A stretch of 53,635 nt of DNA from a virus. Numbering within the stretch: the first letter of the stretch is position 1; every line of letters starts with the position of its first letter. Shown piece by piece: positions 36,163-46,438 of the stretch. Position numbers and translations under genes: made by a program. The notes under the pieces are model-generated. The model had not been told where the DNA came from and made no database searches. It saw only the letters and a program-made list of their open reading frames with translations. The stretch lies in UHGV virus genome UHGV-1680239. One strand, 5' to 3'.

Positions 36163-36246
36163 GGATAAGTAAAACAGGCAAATGCAGATTAAGGTATGCC
36201 TAATGAGTTATCGTAGCATCGGCCAATAACTACTGAAAAAACGATT

Positions 36247-36891
36247 ATGGATCTAAAACGCACGCGCTGGGTTCGTCGTCTTGAGGACGGCTCCTACACT
36301 ATCGAATCAAATTCCAACCTGAATAAGCAGAAGTTACTTTGTGATATCTGCGGTATAGCGGCGAAGTGCCCGATCTACGAAACCAGAATTAAACTTGATA
36401 AGGCTGGTGTGAACTTTCATTTGAATAGTTGTATCAGGTACGTTCCATTGCTCGCATTTCGTAAACCGATCATCGGATTGGATGCGCCCTACTTCAACAC
36501 ACTCCGTTCAGGAGTAACGTGGCGAGATCGTTTATCACCAGACAAACTGATTTGCCTTGTATCCGCAGATACAGGAAAAATCATTCGTTTTGGGAAAGTA
36601 GACAAGGTTTACTCAGGCCCAGTTGACGAGATGTTGCGGAAACACAGCCGGTTTAATCACCTCTGCATGGGTGGTGAGAAAATCGAGAAGGTTGAAGAAG
36701 TGATCCGCAAATCCTACGGACACTTCCTGACCAAAGATAGCCTGCTCACTGCAATCTACATCAGACATGTAAAACGTGAGTTCGACCTTGAATACCATAG
36801 CGAAGAAGAACTGAACCTTGTCGATCCACGTCCTAAAGCTGGCGTCATAAGCATAAATGCAGCGCGTAAAAAGCCCACTGACGCGCTGTAA
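36247..36891 (+). CDS. hypothetical protein
   Basis: 214-aa ORF directly beside the origin region; no recognisable motif. Confidence 0.5.
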   Translation: MDLKRTRWVRRLEDGSYTIESNSNLNKQKLLCDICGIAAKCPIYETRIKLDKAGVNFHLNSCIRYVPLLAFRKPIIGLDAPYFNTLRSGVTWRDRLSPDKLICLVSADTGKIIRFGKVDKVYSGPVDEMLRKHSRFNHLCMGGEKIEKVEEVIRKSYGHFLTKDSLLTAIYIRHVKREFDLEYHSEEELNLVDPRPKAGVISINAARKKPTDAL

Positions 36892-37145
36892 CCCTCCAGA
36901 TCGTATATTGGCGTAGATAGAATCTACGCCCCCTCAAAATAGCTCTCATAGCGTTCTACAGTGATCCTGTCTTATTTTTAGTCATACAGACAAGCAAAGT
37001 TGCGCCACGATAAATAGGTATATACTTACTTATAAATTTTGTATATTAAGGCGCTCGTTTCATTCCTAACATACCGTTATGCATAGTTGTTTACCTCCTC
37101 ATTGCTCTTAGAATTTGTATCAAAATAACCACAAAGGAAAAACAC

Positions 37146-38231
37146 ATGACTTTGCCATACGGCGTCATTTCTGACTGCCACTACCACAAATGGGATGCGT
37201 TCTCCACGACGAACGCTGAGGGGCTTAACTCCAGACTTGAAATACAGTTGGAAGCAACGAAAGAAGCAGCCATCGCCATGAAGAAGGCCGGTTGTAAGTA
37301 CATGTTGGTTGCCGGTGATACATTTCACGTCCGAGGAACTGTGTCCCCTTCTGTTTTGCATTACGTAACTGAAACGTACAAGTGGATTATCAACGAGCTT
37401 GATCTGACAGTAGTAATGCTGGCCGGTAATCACGATCTTGAAACCAACGATTCAGTATATAGCGCCAACGCAGCAGCATCGCTGAGTTCTATCGGCGTGG
37501 TAATCGTATGTGGCAAGCGCCCACACTCAATAAAAATTGGCGATGTGACTGTCCACCTGATTAGCTGGCGTAACAATCATGCGGAGCTTATCAGCGATCT
37601 GAAAGCATTACGTAAGAGCGTAGAAGGTGATAATCATGACGTTGTTATCCATACATCCATTAACAAAGCCATTCCAACAATGCCTGACGTCGGTATCGAT
37701 GCGCAGGAGTTAAAGGATATCGGCTTTCGTCTCGTGCTTAGTGGGCATTACCACAACCACAAAGAGGTCATTCCTGGAGTTATCAGTGTCGGTGCACTGA
37801 CTCATCAAAATTGGGGAGATGTTGGATCTCTGGCTGGCTACATGATCGTAAACCCGGACGGCAGTTTCAGTCACTACGAAACCAGTGCGCCTAAATTCAT
37901 TAACCTGGAAGATGATGTTGCTGATGACCAAATTCGCGGCAACTACGTGCGTTTCCGCGCCGTAATTGAGAACGATGAAGAAGGCATTAAGTACCAGAAC
38001 ATCCTCAAAACAATGGGTGCAAAAGGTGTCGTGTGCAACTTCATCCGTAAGTCATCAATGATGGAAGGTACAGCCAGCACAACTGAAACCAGCAAAATCG
38101 ATAGCCTGGGAGAGTCGGTATCTGCTTATTGCAAGATTGTCCACGATACTGACGGCGGATTTGATCTGAGCAAATTGGATATTTTGTGTCAGGAAATCCT
38201 CACCGAAGCGGAGAGTTCGGAGGCTGTGTGA
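37146..38231 (+). CDS. Mre11/SbcD-like nuclease (calcineurin-type metallophosphoesterase)
   Basis: Phosphoesterase motifs DCHYH, GDTFH, GNHD, GHYHNH in canonical order. Confidence 0.8.
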   Translation: MTLPYGVISDCHYHKWDAFSTTNAEGLNSRLEIQLEATKEAAIAMKKAGCKYMLVAGDTFHVRGTVSPSVLHYVTETYKWIINELDLTVVMLAGNHDLETNDSVYSANAAASLSSIGVVIVCGKRPHSIKIGDVTVHLISWRNNHAELISDLKALRKSVEGDNHDVVIHTSINKAIPTMPDVGIDAQELKDIGFRLVLSGHYHNHKEVIPGVISVGALTHQNWGDVGSLAGYMIVNPDGSFSHYETSAPKFINLEDDVADDQIRGNYVRFRAVIENDEEGIKYQNILKTMGAKGVVCNFIRKSSMMEGTASTTETSKIDSLGESVSAYCKIVHDTDGGFDLSKLDILCQEILTEAESSEAV

Positions 38232-38460
38232 AGCAAAGTCGTTATGGGAGCTTTCGAGACTTTGCCATCACGATGAAAAGACTTGAACGAGGCCAGACGG
38301 TGATGTTTCACAAGCCCTACCCGCCACAAGGAAATCCCGTAGCGTTTTATCTTGGAAGGTTAACAAGAAAAGGCGTATTGAGGCGCAGATCCTTCCCGGC
38401 GCATACGGAGTTCAGATTGAAAGAAGGCCAAAAGCTAACACGCGGTATCAGAGGTGTTAT

Positions 38461-40377
38461 ATGAAGTTTTTAAAGCTCCAGGTTGAGAATTTTATGGCTA
38501 TCGCCAGCGCGGAGGTCGAGTTAGATCAGCGTGGTTTAGTGCTTATTCAGGGTGTTAATAGTGATGATAGTTCCGCATCAAGTAATGGCTCTGGAAAGTC
38601 AACTCTAATGAATAGCCTGATGTGGTGTCTTTATGGCGAAACAGCTCATGGTGTGAAGGGTGACGATGTGTTGTCTACCGACCATGAAAAGAACTGTCGT
38701 GTTGCAGTAACCATCGAGGATGAAGGCAAGAGATACGCAATCATTCGTCACCGTAAACATAAAGAGTTCAAAAATCGTCTTATCGTTCGTGGTGAAGATG
38801 GCGATATGACGAAAGGCAAAGATGCGCTGACGCAGGAGTTCGTCGAGCGTCTGATCGGTGCATCTAAAGAGGTTTTCATGGCTTCCATCTATGCGAGCCA
38901 AGAAGCTATGCCAGATTTACCTGGAATGTCCGACAAAAACCTCAAAACCATCGTAGAAGAAGCCGCTGGCGTTGACAGACTGACACGCGCCTACGCTATT
39001 GCTCGTGAGCGAGCTAATGCAGCTGCCGCACGTATGGATGTGGTTAAAACCAAATTGGAGTCGACAATCTCGACCATTGAGGCAACACAGTCAGAAATTG
39101 AGTCAGCGAAAGCCTCCTCTGAATCATGGGAGCAAGAGCGTTCTAAACGTTATGACGATGCCCTGGCTGGGCTGGCCAGTGCCGAAGTTGAGTTAACGGA
39201 AGTTGAACTTGAGATCCGCACTCTTCCCGAACAGATACGTGATACCGAGAAGGCAATCGAAAATGAGCGCAAAAAGTTAGCCTCAAAAGAAGAACATGAC
39301 GCCAAGTTGCTCAAAGTTCGTGGTGCGATAACTGATATTCGGGCAAGCATCAAAGCTACAGAAAATAGTCAGGCTGATGCAATGACCCGCGCGCGTAATT
39401 TTAAGACCAAAGCAGAAGAGGTTGGTACTAAAGTGGGATCACCATGCCCTACTTGTGGCAAAGCCTACTGCGAAGAAGATCTATCAACGGTGAAGGAGAG
39501 TTTCATTGAACAAGCACGTCAGGAAATTGGTCAGGCTAAGACACTTGCAGAGGCAATGGCTAAACACAAAACGAATCTTGAGAAAGCGTTAAGCATTGAG
39601 TCTGCCCTTGTTAAAACGACACCTGATGTAACGGCTATCATTGCCCGGATTGAAGAGCTTACGAAACAACTCTCATCTTTGCGTCATCGTGAGAAGGAGG
39701 TTGTTGCTATTGAGTCTCTTGTGACTCGTGCTCGTACTGAGGTCGATCGTATATCAAAAGAGATTAATCCGTTTATTGCTCTTATCGCCAGACACGAAGA
39801 TAACCTGGTATCCAGTAAGTCTACCTTCAAGTCCTTAAAAGATGAGTTGAAGGCTATTCAGGAACAAACGTTGCTATTGGAAAAAGCTCGTCAGGTCTAC
39901 TCTCCTGCCGGGGTGCGTTCTCATATTTTGACGTCTGTTACGCCTTTCCTGAATACACTCACAGCCGAATATCTCAATACGTTGTCTGACGGGAACATTA
40001 CTGCTGAGTGGTCGACGATGGATGTCACTAAAAAAGGTGAGTATCGCGACAAATTCAACATTAGTGTGCAGAAGAAAGGTTCAAGTAAGTCGTTCCAAAC
40101 CCTCTCTGGTGGTGAGAAGCGGAAGGTTCGCATTGCGTGTTCTTTGGCATTGCAGGATCTGGTTAGTAACCGGGCGAGTAAAAACATCGATTTGTTTATC
40201 GGCGACGAAATTGACGATGCACTCGATACAGCCGGTCTTGAACGCCTCATGGGTATTCTGGAGTCCAAAGCTCGCGAGCGAGGTACTGTGCTGATTATCT
40301 CCCATAAAGAGATGAAGTCATGGTTCAGGGAAACTATTACGCTGGAAGTTAAAGAGGGGCGCAGCTATGTCGTTTAA
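38461..40377 (+). CDS. SbcC/Rad50-like ATPase
   Basis: N-terminal Walker A GSGKSTLMNSLMWCLYG, long coiled-coil with CPTCGK zinc hook, signature LSGGEKRKV and Walker B LFIGDEIDDALD. Confidence 0.8.
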   Translation: MKFLKLQVENFMAIASAEVELDQRGLVLIQGVNSDDSSASSNGSGKSTLMNSLMWCLYGETAHGVKGDDVLSTDHEKNCRVAVTIEDEGKRYAIIRHRKHKEFKNRLIVRGEDGDMTKGKDALTQEFVERLIGASKEVFMASIYASQEAMPDLPGMSDKNLKTIVEEAAGVDRLTRAYAIARERANAAAARMDVVKTKLESTISTIEATQSEIESAKASSESWEQERSKRYDDALAGLASAEVELTEVELEIRTLPEQIRDTEKAIENERKKLASKEEHDAKLLKVRGAITDIRASIKATENSQADAMTRARNFKTKAEEVGTKVGSPCPTCGKAYCEEDLSTVKESFIEQARQEIGQAKTLAEAMAKHKTNLEKALSIESALVKTTPDVTAIIARIEELTKQLSSLRHREKEVVAIESLVTRARTEVDRISKEINPFIALIARHEDNLVSSKSTFKSLKDELKAIQEQTLLLEKARQVYSPAGVRSHILTSVTPFLNTLTAEYLNTLSDGNITAEWSTMDVTKKGEYRDKFNISVQKKGSSKSFQTLSGGEKRKVRIACSLALQDLVSNRASKNIDLFIGDEIDDALDTAGLERLMGILESKARERGTVLIISHKEMKSWFRETITLEVKEGRSYVV

Positions 40378-41110
40378 ATTAAGCCGCTCGCAGTTTTTGC
40401 AGGTATTTGCAGTGATGCAGTCGATAAAACTGATCAATGGGCATACTTCCAATGGTGCGGCTCCACGTATTCTGTGGGGCAGCAACAATATTGACGGAGT
40501 ACAATTCGCCGCGTTGCTTGGTCTAATATCCGAGACACCATTGATGCAAAGTTTGAAATCACTACCACCTGGATGTATTGCGCCGATCCTGATTAATCCT
40601 TTTGTTGAGGGGGGATATCTTCCCAACGTCGGGCCTGGGTTTATTGCATCCCATGAAACTGAAGATCTTAACATTAATAGCGAAGGGTTCTTTGGGGGAA
40701 TGGGTGCGCATCACTGTATGGCTTTCACGAACCTTATTCGACTTGCCAATAAGCGGGTGGATAGTTTGGCATCGCCAGGTGATGCTTTTACTGGTTTCCT
40801 TATCCAAAGGAGGGATAAAAAGTACAGTGCGGACAAACTACAGTTTGTTGGTAAGTATGGGGAAATGGTGGAAATCGAACTTCAGCTCCCTCATGTTTTA
40901 GCAAACGATAGTGCAGACAGTCGGAGGCTGTTGGGCATCATGCGTCATTTCATAGCAAGTGGCGTTAAACATGCCGTAGATAAACGTGTCACGCAGGAAA
41001 ATGAGTATTCAGACTTTGCAAACTATCCCCAACCAACGTTGCAAACGGCAATAGTAACCAATTCGTTGGAGGCGAGATTATTGGAAAACCCTATATGGGG
41101 AACATGGTAA
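40367..41110 (+). CDS. hypothetical protein inside the recombination operon
   Basis: 247-aa ORF overlapping the SbcC-like stop; no recognisable motif. Confidence 0.5.
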   Translation: MSFKLSRSQFLQVFAVMQSIKLINGHTSNGAAPRILWGSNNIDGVQFAALLGLISETPLMQSLKSLPPGCIAPILINPFVEGGYLPNVGPGFIASHETEDLNINSEGFFGGMGAHHCMAFTNLIRLANKRVDSLASPGDAFTGFLIQRRDKKYSADKLQFVGKYGEMVEIELQLPHVLANDSADSRRLLGIMRHFIASGVKHAVDKRVTQENEYSDFANYPQPTLQTAIVTNSLEARLLENPIWGTW

Positions 41111-41119
41111 GGAGACTAT

Positions 41120-41689
41120 ATGAGTAAAAAAATCAGCGTAGTTGGTGTTGATCCCTCAATGAGCAACTTTGGGCTTGCTGTGGGCACTTTAGACCTTGAA
41201 ACGGACGAACTTGAGATTCACGGCCTTACTCTTGTTGAGACTAAAGCGGGGAGTAACAAAAAGACCGTTCGTGTGAACAGTGACGATCTGCGCCGTGCCA
41301 GTGAAATATGGCGTGTTGCGAAGCCAATCATTGATAAGGCAAATATGGTTTTTTGTGAGCTACCGGTTGGGAGCCAAAACTCTCGTTCGCAGACGTCTTA
41401 CGGTATTTGCATCGGTGTACTTGCGTGCGTAGATAAGCCATTGATCCAGGTTACTCCAAACGAAATTAAACATTTTATCGGCAATAAACTTACAACATCG
41501 AAAGAAGAGATTATCCAGTGGGCTACGAAAAAACACCCTAAAGCACCGTGGCTGCGTCGTAAGCAATCTGGACAGGATGTTCTCGTGAACAAAAACGAAC
41601 ATTTGGCTGATGCGGTGGCTGCCATCCATACCGGTATGCAAACAGATCAGTTTCGCCAGGTGCGCGATGTTCTCAAGTCTCTCATTTGA
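41120..41689 (+). CDS. RuvC-like Holliday-junction resolvase
   Basis: N-terminal VVGVDPSMSNFGLAV with catalytic Asp, acidic residue in FCELPVG, C-terminal EHLADAVAAIHTG. Confidence 0.65.
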   Translation: MSKKISVVGVDPSMSNFGLAVGTLDLETDELEIHGLTLVETKAGSNKKTVRVNSDDLRRASEIWRVAKPIIDKANMVFCELPVGSQNSRSQTSYGICIGVLACVDKPLIQVTPNEIKHFIGNKLTTSKEEIIQWATKKHPKAPWLRRKQSGQDVLVNKNEHLADAVAAIHTGMQTDQFRQVRDVLKSLI

Positions 41690-41694
41690 TCTCA

Positions 41695-41723
41695 TTGATA
41701 GGTAAGTGCTTATCTATTAATAT
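41695..41723 (+). promoter_or_regulatory. sigma70-type promoter (TTGATA-17 bp-TAATAT) whose spacer is the recurrent palindromic motif
   Basis: TTGATA at 41695-41700, spacer GGTAAGTGCTTATCTAT, TAATAT at 41718-41723; a 7-bp hairpin (41724-41746) lies before the nrdA ATG. Confidence 0.5.
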
Positions 41724-41762
41724 GGGCCACTAAATATAGTGGCCCTCTTTATTTGGTGATAC

Positions 41763-44078
41763 ATGATAAGCATCGTAAAACGTAACGGCCAAACAGAGCC
41801 GTTATCCGAAGATAAATACAACCGCGTCGTAATGTATGGCGTAGAAGACATTCGTGGCGTAAGCGCATCCGCTGTAGCAATGGGAGCTGCGGCCAGCATT
41901 TTTGATGGGATTACCACCAGCCAGTTGCATGAGGCTTTGGTTAAATCTGCCGCTGATTTGATCTCACCAGAAGCACCAAATTACTCACAGGTGGCTGCCC
42001 GCCTGAACATTTTTAAAATTCGCAAAGATGCCTTCGGTCGTTACGACTATCCGAACTTCTACCAACACATTGTCAAGAACGTTAACAAGGGCGTTTATGA
42101 CAAGGATTTGCTGACACATTATTCATTTGAAGAGATCGAAGAACTCGGCAATTACATTAAGCCTAAACGTGACGATCTTTTTGGCTATGCAGCTACGGTG
42201 CAATTGCAAAGCAAATACCTCGTTCAAAACCGCGTTACTGGTGAGATTCATGAGGGGCCGCAACATATCTATATGCTGGTAGGCATGTGTCTGTTCCAGA
42301 ATTGGGAAGACGACTGCGCTGGCAAAACACGTATGGAGATGGTCAAAGGTTTCTATGACGTTACAAGTACGTTCAAACTGTCTCTGCCCACACCAATCAT
42401 GGCCGGCGTCCGTACTCCAACCCGTCAGTTCTCCAGTTGTGTGCTGATTGAGTCTGGCGATAGTCTGAAAGGGATTAGTGCAGCTTCAGCCGCAATTATC
42501 GACTACGTTTCACGTCGTGCTGGAATTGGTATTGGTTTTGGCCGTATCCGTGCGCTGGGCAGCGAGATCCGCAATGGTGAAGCCACACATACCGGAGTTA
42601 CTCCATTCCTGAAGCATTTCCAGACGGCTGTTAAATCTTGTTCGCAAGGTGGTGTTCGTGGTGGCGCAGCAACAGCGTTTTACCCGATCTGGCATCTTGA
42701 AGTTGAAAGTCTGCTGGTGGTGAAAAATAACCGTGGTATTGATGAAAACCGCGTTCGCCATCTTGATTACGGCGTCATGAGTAACCGTCTGATGTACCGT
42801 CGACTCGTCAGAAGCGAGAACATCACTCTGTTCAGCCCGCATGATGTGCCTGATATGTACGAAGCCTTCTTCACAGACCAGGATCTGTTTGAAAAGCTGT
42901 ACCATGAATACGAAGCCGATGATTCAATTCGCAAGAAGTCAGTACCTGCCATTGAGCTGTTCTCATCTCTGATGCAGGAACGAGCGTCCACGGGCCGAAT
43001 TTATATTGCGAACGTCGATCATATTAACGAGCATGGCGCTTTCATTCCTGCTCTTGCACCTGTTCGCCAGTCAAACCTGTGCATGGAGATCACTCTACCC
43101 ACTCGTCCACTGGCATTTACCGACGACCCGAACGGTGAGATCGCGCTTTGCACTTTATCCGCTTTTAACCTCGGAGCCATCCGTTCACTGGAGTCTCTTA
43201 AAGAGGTGGCGTTCTATGCCGTTGCTGCACTGGATTCGTTACTGGATTATCAAGACTATCCGATGGAGGCAGCCGAAGTGCCAGCCAAAGCTCGCCGTAG
43301 CCTGGGAATCGGTGTAACCAACTTTGCTTATTACCTGGCAAAGAATGGCGTTCGTTATTCTGATACCGCTGGCAATAAACTGGTGCATGAAACGTTCGAA
43401 GCTATCCAGTATTACCTTCTTGATGCCAGCTGCCGACTTGCTGAAGCAAAAGGTGAGTGTGACTGGTTTGAGCAGACCAAGTACGCAATTGGTCAGTTGC
43501 CGATCGACCATTATCGTTCTTCATTAGACGAAAGTGGCGAAACCAACTTTGAGTTAAAGATGCCGTGGGAAGAACTGCGTGAACGTATTGCAAAATACGG
43601 TCTTCGCAACTCCACACTGACGGCACAAATGCCATGCGAGACTTCCAGCCAGATCACTAATTCCACCAACGGCATCGAGCCGCCTCGTGGCCCGGTGTCG
43701 GTGAAATCTTCTAAGGACGGCATCGTTAAGATGGTCGTGCCTGAGTTTGAAAAACTGAAGGAACAGTATGAATACCTGTGGGATATGCCGGACAACCGCG
43801 GCTATCTGACAAAGGTGGCGATCATCCAGAAGTTCTTTGACCAGGCTATTTCAGCCAATACCAACTATGACCCTTCTCGCTTTGAAGGCGATAAAGTCCC
43901 AATGATGACGCTACTGTCAGATTTGCTTCTCGCCTACAAGATGGGAGTTAAAACGCTTTACTACCACAACACCAGAGATGGTGCAGGAAAGCGTGATGAC
44001 GACGAAGCGCAGAATCCACTTACGCAAGCTGTAGCCGTCGAGCCAGAAGATGAGTGCGACGGAGCCTGCAAAATCTGA
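41763..44078 (+). CDS. nrdA: ribonucleotide reductase class Ia large subunit
   Basis: 771 aa; N-terminal ATP-cone-like VKRNGQTEPLSEDKYNRVV; active-site block SNLCMEITLP; C-terminal Cys pair. Confidence 0.9.
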   Translation: MISIVKRNGQTEPLSEDKYNRVVMYGVEDIRGVSASAVAMGAAASIFDGITTSQLHEALVKSAADLISPEAPNYSQVAARLNIFKIRKDAFGRYDYPNFYQHIVKNVNKGVYDKDLLTHYSFEEIEELGNYIKPKRDDLFGYAATVQLQSKYLVQNRVTGEIHEGPQHIYMLVGMCLFQNWEDDCAGKTRMEMVKGFYDVTSTFKLSLPTPIMAGVRTPTRQFSSCVLIESGDSLKGISAASAAIIDYVSRRAGIGIGFGRIRALGSEIRNGEATHTGVTPFLKHFQTAVKSCSQGGVRGGAATAFYPIWHLEVESLLVVKNNRGIDENRVRHLDYGVMSNRLMYRRLVRSENITLFSPHDVPDMYEAFFTDQDLFEKLYHEYEADDSIRKKSVPAIELFSSLMQERASTGRIYIANVDHINEHGAFIPALAPVRQSNLCMEITLPTRPLAFTDDPNGEIALCTLSAFNLGAIRSLESLKEVAFYAVAALDSLLDYQDYPMEAAEVPAKARRSLGIGVTNFAYYLAKNGVRYSDTAGNKLVHETFEAIQYYLLDASCRLAEAKGECDWFEQTKYAIGQLPIDHYRSSLDESGETNFELKMPWEELRERIAKYGLRNSTLTAQMPCETSSQITNSTNGIEPPRGPVSVKSSKDGIVKMVVPEFEKLKEQYEYLWDMPDNRGYLTKVAIIQKFFDQAISANTNYDPSRFEGDKVPMMTLLSDLLLAYKMGVKTLYYHNTRDGAGKRDDDEAQNPLTQAVAVEPEDECDGACKI

Positions 44079-44083
44079 CATAT

Positions 44084-44115
44084 GGTGGGGTATATCCCCA
44101 CCTTATCTTTGATTT
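44084..44115 (+). terminator. rho-independent terminator after nrdA
   Basis: GGTGGGG-TATAT-CCCCACC followed by TTATCTTTGATTT. Confidence 0.55.
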
Positions 44116-44178
44116 GTAAGCCTTGTTTAAACACATAAGATAACAACTTGTTTAAACACATCAAAAAAGGAAAAACAC

Positions 44179-45321
44179 ATGTCATATTCAACGTTCCGTT
44201 TGGGTGCTAATGATGCAACCAAAGAGCCTATGTTCCTCGGACAATCTGTCAACGTGGCACGTTACGATCAGCAAAAATACCGTGATTTTGAAAAGTTGAT
44301 TGAACGTCAATTGTCTTTCTTCTGGCGGCCGGAAGAAGTTGATATTTCGAGCGATCGTATCGACTTCAACACGAAGCTGCGAGACCACGAACGTCACATT
44401 TTTCTGAGCAATCTCCGTTATCAAACGTTACTCGATTCAGTTCAGGGACGTAGCCCAAATGCAACGCTGCTGCCGCTTATCTCTATTCCTGAACTGGAAA
44501 CGTGGGTTGAAACATGGTCTTTCTCTGAGACTATCCATAGCCGCAGCTACACCCACATTATTCGTGGCATGGTGGACGATCCGAGCATTGTTTTTGACGG
44601 TATTGTTACGGATGAAGAAATCATCAACCGAGCGATCAGTATCTCTGCTGAATATGACAGGCTTTATGGGATGACCTGCGAGCGCCAGTCGTTAGGTGAG
44701 AAAGAGTTTGAACGTCTGTACGTAAATGAATATGGCTGGGAGCCATACCCTTTGCATCGTCAGCTTTTCCGCACGTTGGTGTCCATTAATGCGCTTGAGG
44801 CGATCCGTTTCTATGTAAGTTTTGCATGTACGTTTGCCTTTGGCGAACGGAAGTTGCTTGAGGGTAACACCAAAATTATGCGCTTTATTGCCCGTGATGA
44901 AGCTCTGCATTGCGAAGGAACTGAACGCATGATCCGCTTCATGCGTACCGGTCGCGAAGGTTTATTGTGGAAAGAGATTGCTGCTGATGAAGAAAACGTC
45001 ATTTACGACACCATGAAATCAGTCGCCGAACAAGAAATGAACTGGGCAGACTATCTCTTCAAAGACGGTTCGATGATTGGTTTAAACGCGGATATTCTGA
45101 AGACCTATGTAAAATACCGAACCAATCTGGCTATGAATCGTCTTGGCCTGAAGGCTTTATTTCCAGAAGTTACCACAGATCCGCTGGTCTGGATGAACAA
45201 GTGGTTGTTAACCGACACACTGCAAATTGCACCACAAGAGGCAGAGCAAAGCACATATCTGGTAGGTCAGATCGATTCTACCGTGGATAAGGCTTCTCTA
45301 AGCCAGTTTGCAGACCTGTAA
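44179..45321 (+). CDS. nrdB: ribonucleotide reductase small subunit
   Basis: 380 aa; di-iron/radical-site segments [14 protein letters not shown] and ALHCEG. Confidence 0.9.
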   Translation: MSYSTFRLGANDATKEPMFLGQSVNVARYDQQKYRDFEKLIERQLSFFWRPEEVDISSDRIDFNTKLRDHERHIFLSNLRYQTLLDSVQGRSPNATLLPLISIPELETWVETWSFSETIHSRSYTHIIRGMVDDPSIVFDGIVTDEEIINRAISISAEYDRLYGMTCERQSLGEKEFERLYVNEYGWEPYPLHRQLFRTLVSINALEAIRFYVSFACTFAFGERKLLEGNTKIMRFIARDEALHCEGTERMIRFMRTGREGLLWKEIAADEENVIYDTMKSVAEQEMNWADYLFKDGSMIGLNADILKTYVKYRTNLAMNRLGLKALFPEVTTDPLVWMNKWLLTDTLQIAPQEAEQSTYLVGQIDSTVDKASLSQFADL

Positions 45322-45398
45322 ACCGATACAAAGCATTATGTGGCCTGGCAACGCTGGGTCACAATGGATCACAAGAATTAAGAAGGAACAAAACTAGC

Positions 45399-46268
45399 AT
45401 GAACTTTACCAAACTGACTGACCACCTGAAACTTGCCACCGATCGACTCATTGGATTTAAGCCAGAACCATATGAGTTGCATGAAGGCCATGGTGTAGCC
45501 ACTGAAAGTATTTACAAGATGGTCGATCAGTTTCATGAACTCTTCCAGCATCCGAGACGCGTTATGCCGACACCAGAGCTGCTTCGTCTCCGTGCAAGCC
45601 TGATTCATGAAGAAGCTGTAGTGGAAGGGATTCCAGCCGCAATGAATGGGGATATTGAGCAACTGCTGGATGCAATGGCCGACTTTTTATACGTTGGTGT
45701 TGGTACGATGGTCTCCATCAAAGGTGGTATTTCTACCGGCATGACCTATTACACGCAGGAACAGAGCATTGATCGCTTTATGCAGACAATTTTTGTGCCC
45801 GGTAACACTGTTTTCGATGATATGGCAATGCCATTTCAGGAAGCTCGTGAGGCGTCATGTATGCTCGAAGAGCTGGCAGATAAACTTGAGAAGAAGGCTG
45901 TTAAGGATTCTGAGCTGATTCAGGAACTGCGCCGTGTAATGAACAAAATCTATGTGGCGTGCATGATGACTTATCGACTGGCTGATTTCCTCGGTATCAA
46001 TGTCGTCGAGCTGGTTGGCGAAATTCATCGGTCTAACATGACAAAATTATGGCCTGCTGATGTTGAGGAACGTCGCCAGGCTGTGGCCAACTGCAAATAC
46101 GACTCTTCAGATCTGGGATTCCGCCATGCTGATGGCACCGATAAGATGATCGGTTTTCGAATTTCCGATGGAAAGATTCTGAAGTCTCCAACCTATAGTG
46201 ATGTCGATTTATCCTCCTTTGTTGAGCAAGCTAAAGCCTCAGCAATGTACGGAATGATCAAAAAATAA
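45399..46268 (+). CDS. hypothetical protein (weak resemblance to all-alpha NTP pyrophosphohydrolases)
   Basis: 289-aa ORF; EE..E / D..AD-like acidic helices (LIHEEAVVE, LLDAMADFLYV); the assignment is tentative. Confidence 0.4.
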   Translation: MNFTKLTDHLKLATDRLIGFKPEPYELHEGHGVATESIYKMVDQFHELFQHPRRVMPTPELLRLRASLIHEEAVVEGIPAAMNGDIEQLLDAMADFLYVGVGTMVSIKGGISTGMTYYTQEQSIDRFMQTIFVPGNTVFDDMAMPFQEAREASCMLEELADKLEKKAVKDSELIQELRRVMNKIYVACMMTYRLADFLGINVVELVGEIHRSNMTKLWPADVEERRQAVANCKYDSSDLGFRHADGTDKMIGFRISDGKILKSPTYSDVDLSSFVEQAKASAMYGMIKK

Positions 46269-46335
46269 TTGTAGGTAGTTATCTATCTATGTATATTTAA
46301 CATGCGTAATAAAACTCTGGAATGACTATTCGTTT

Positions 46336-46361
46336 TGGTGGCCTATGGCCACCATTTTTTT
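46336..46361 (+). terminator. rho-independent terminator
   Basis: TGGTGGCC-TAT-GGCCACCA followed by TTTTTTT. Confidence 0.6.
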
Positions 46362-46438
46362 ATCTGTCTGGTCTTGTTCTCTCAATGAATGTAAACTCAC
46401 ATGATGAATAAGTAATTACTTATCTTTGTGAGGTTTTT

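Noticed and set aside
33966-36165. Possible CRISPR array suggested by many short direct repeats
   Set aside because: Repeats are degenerate, occur in both orientations, have 21-bp register without unique spacers, flank a repA gene, and there are no cas genes; they are plasmid iterons.
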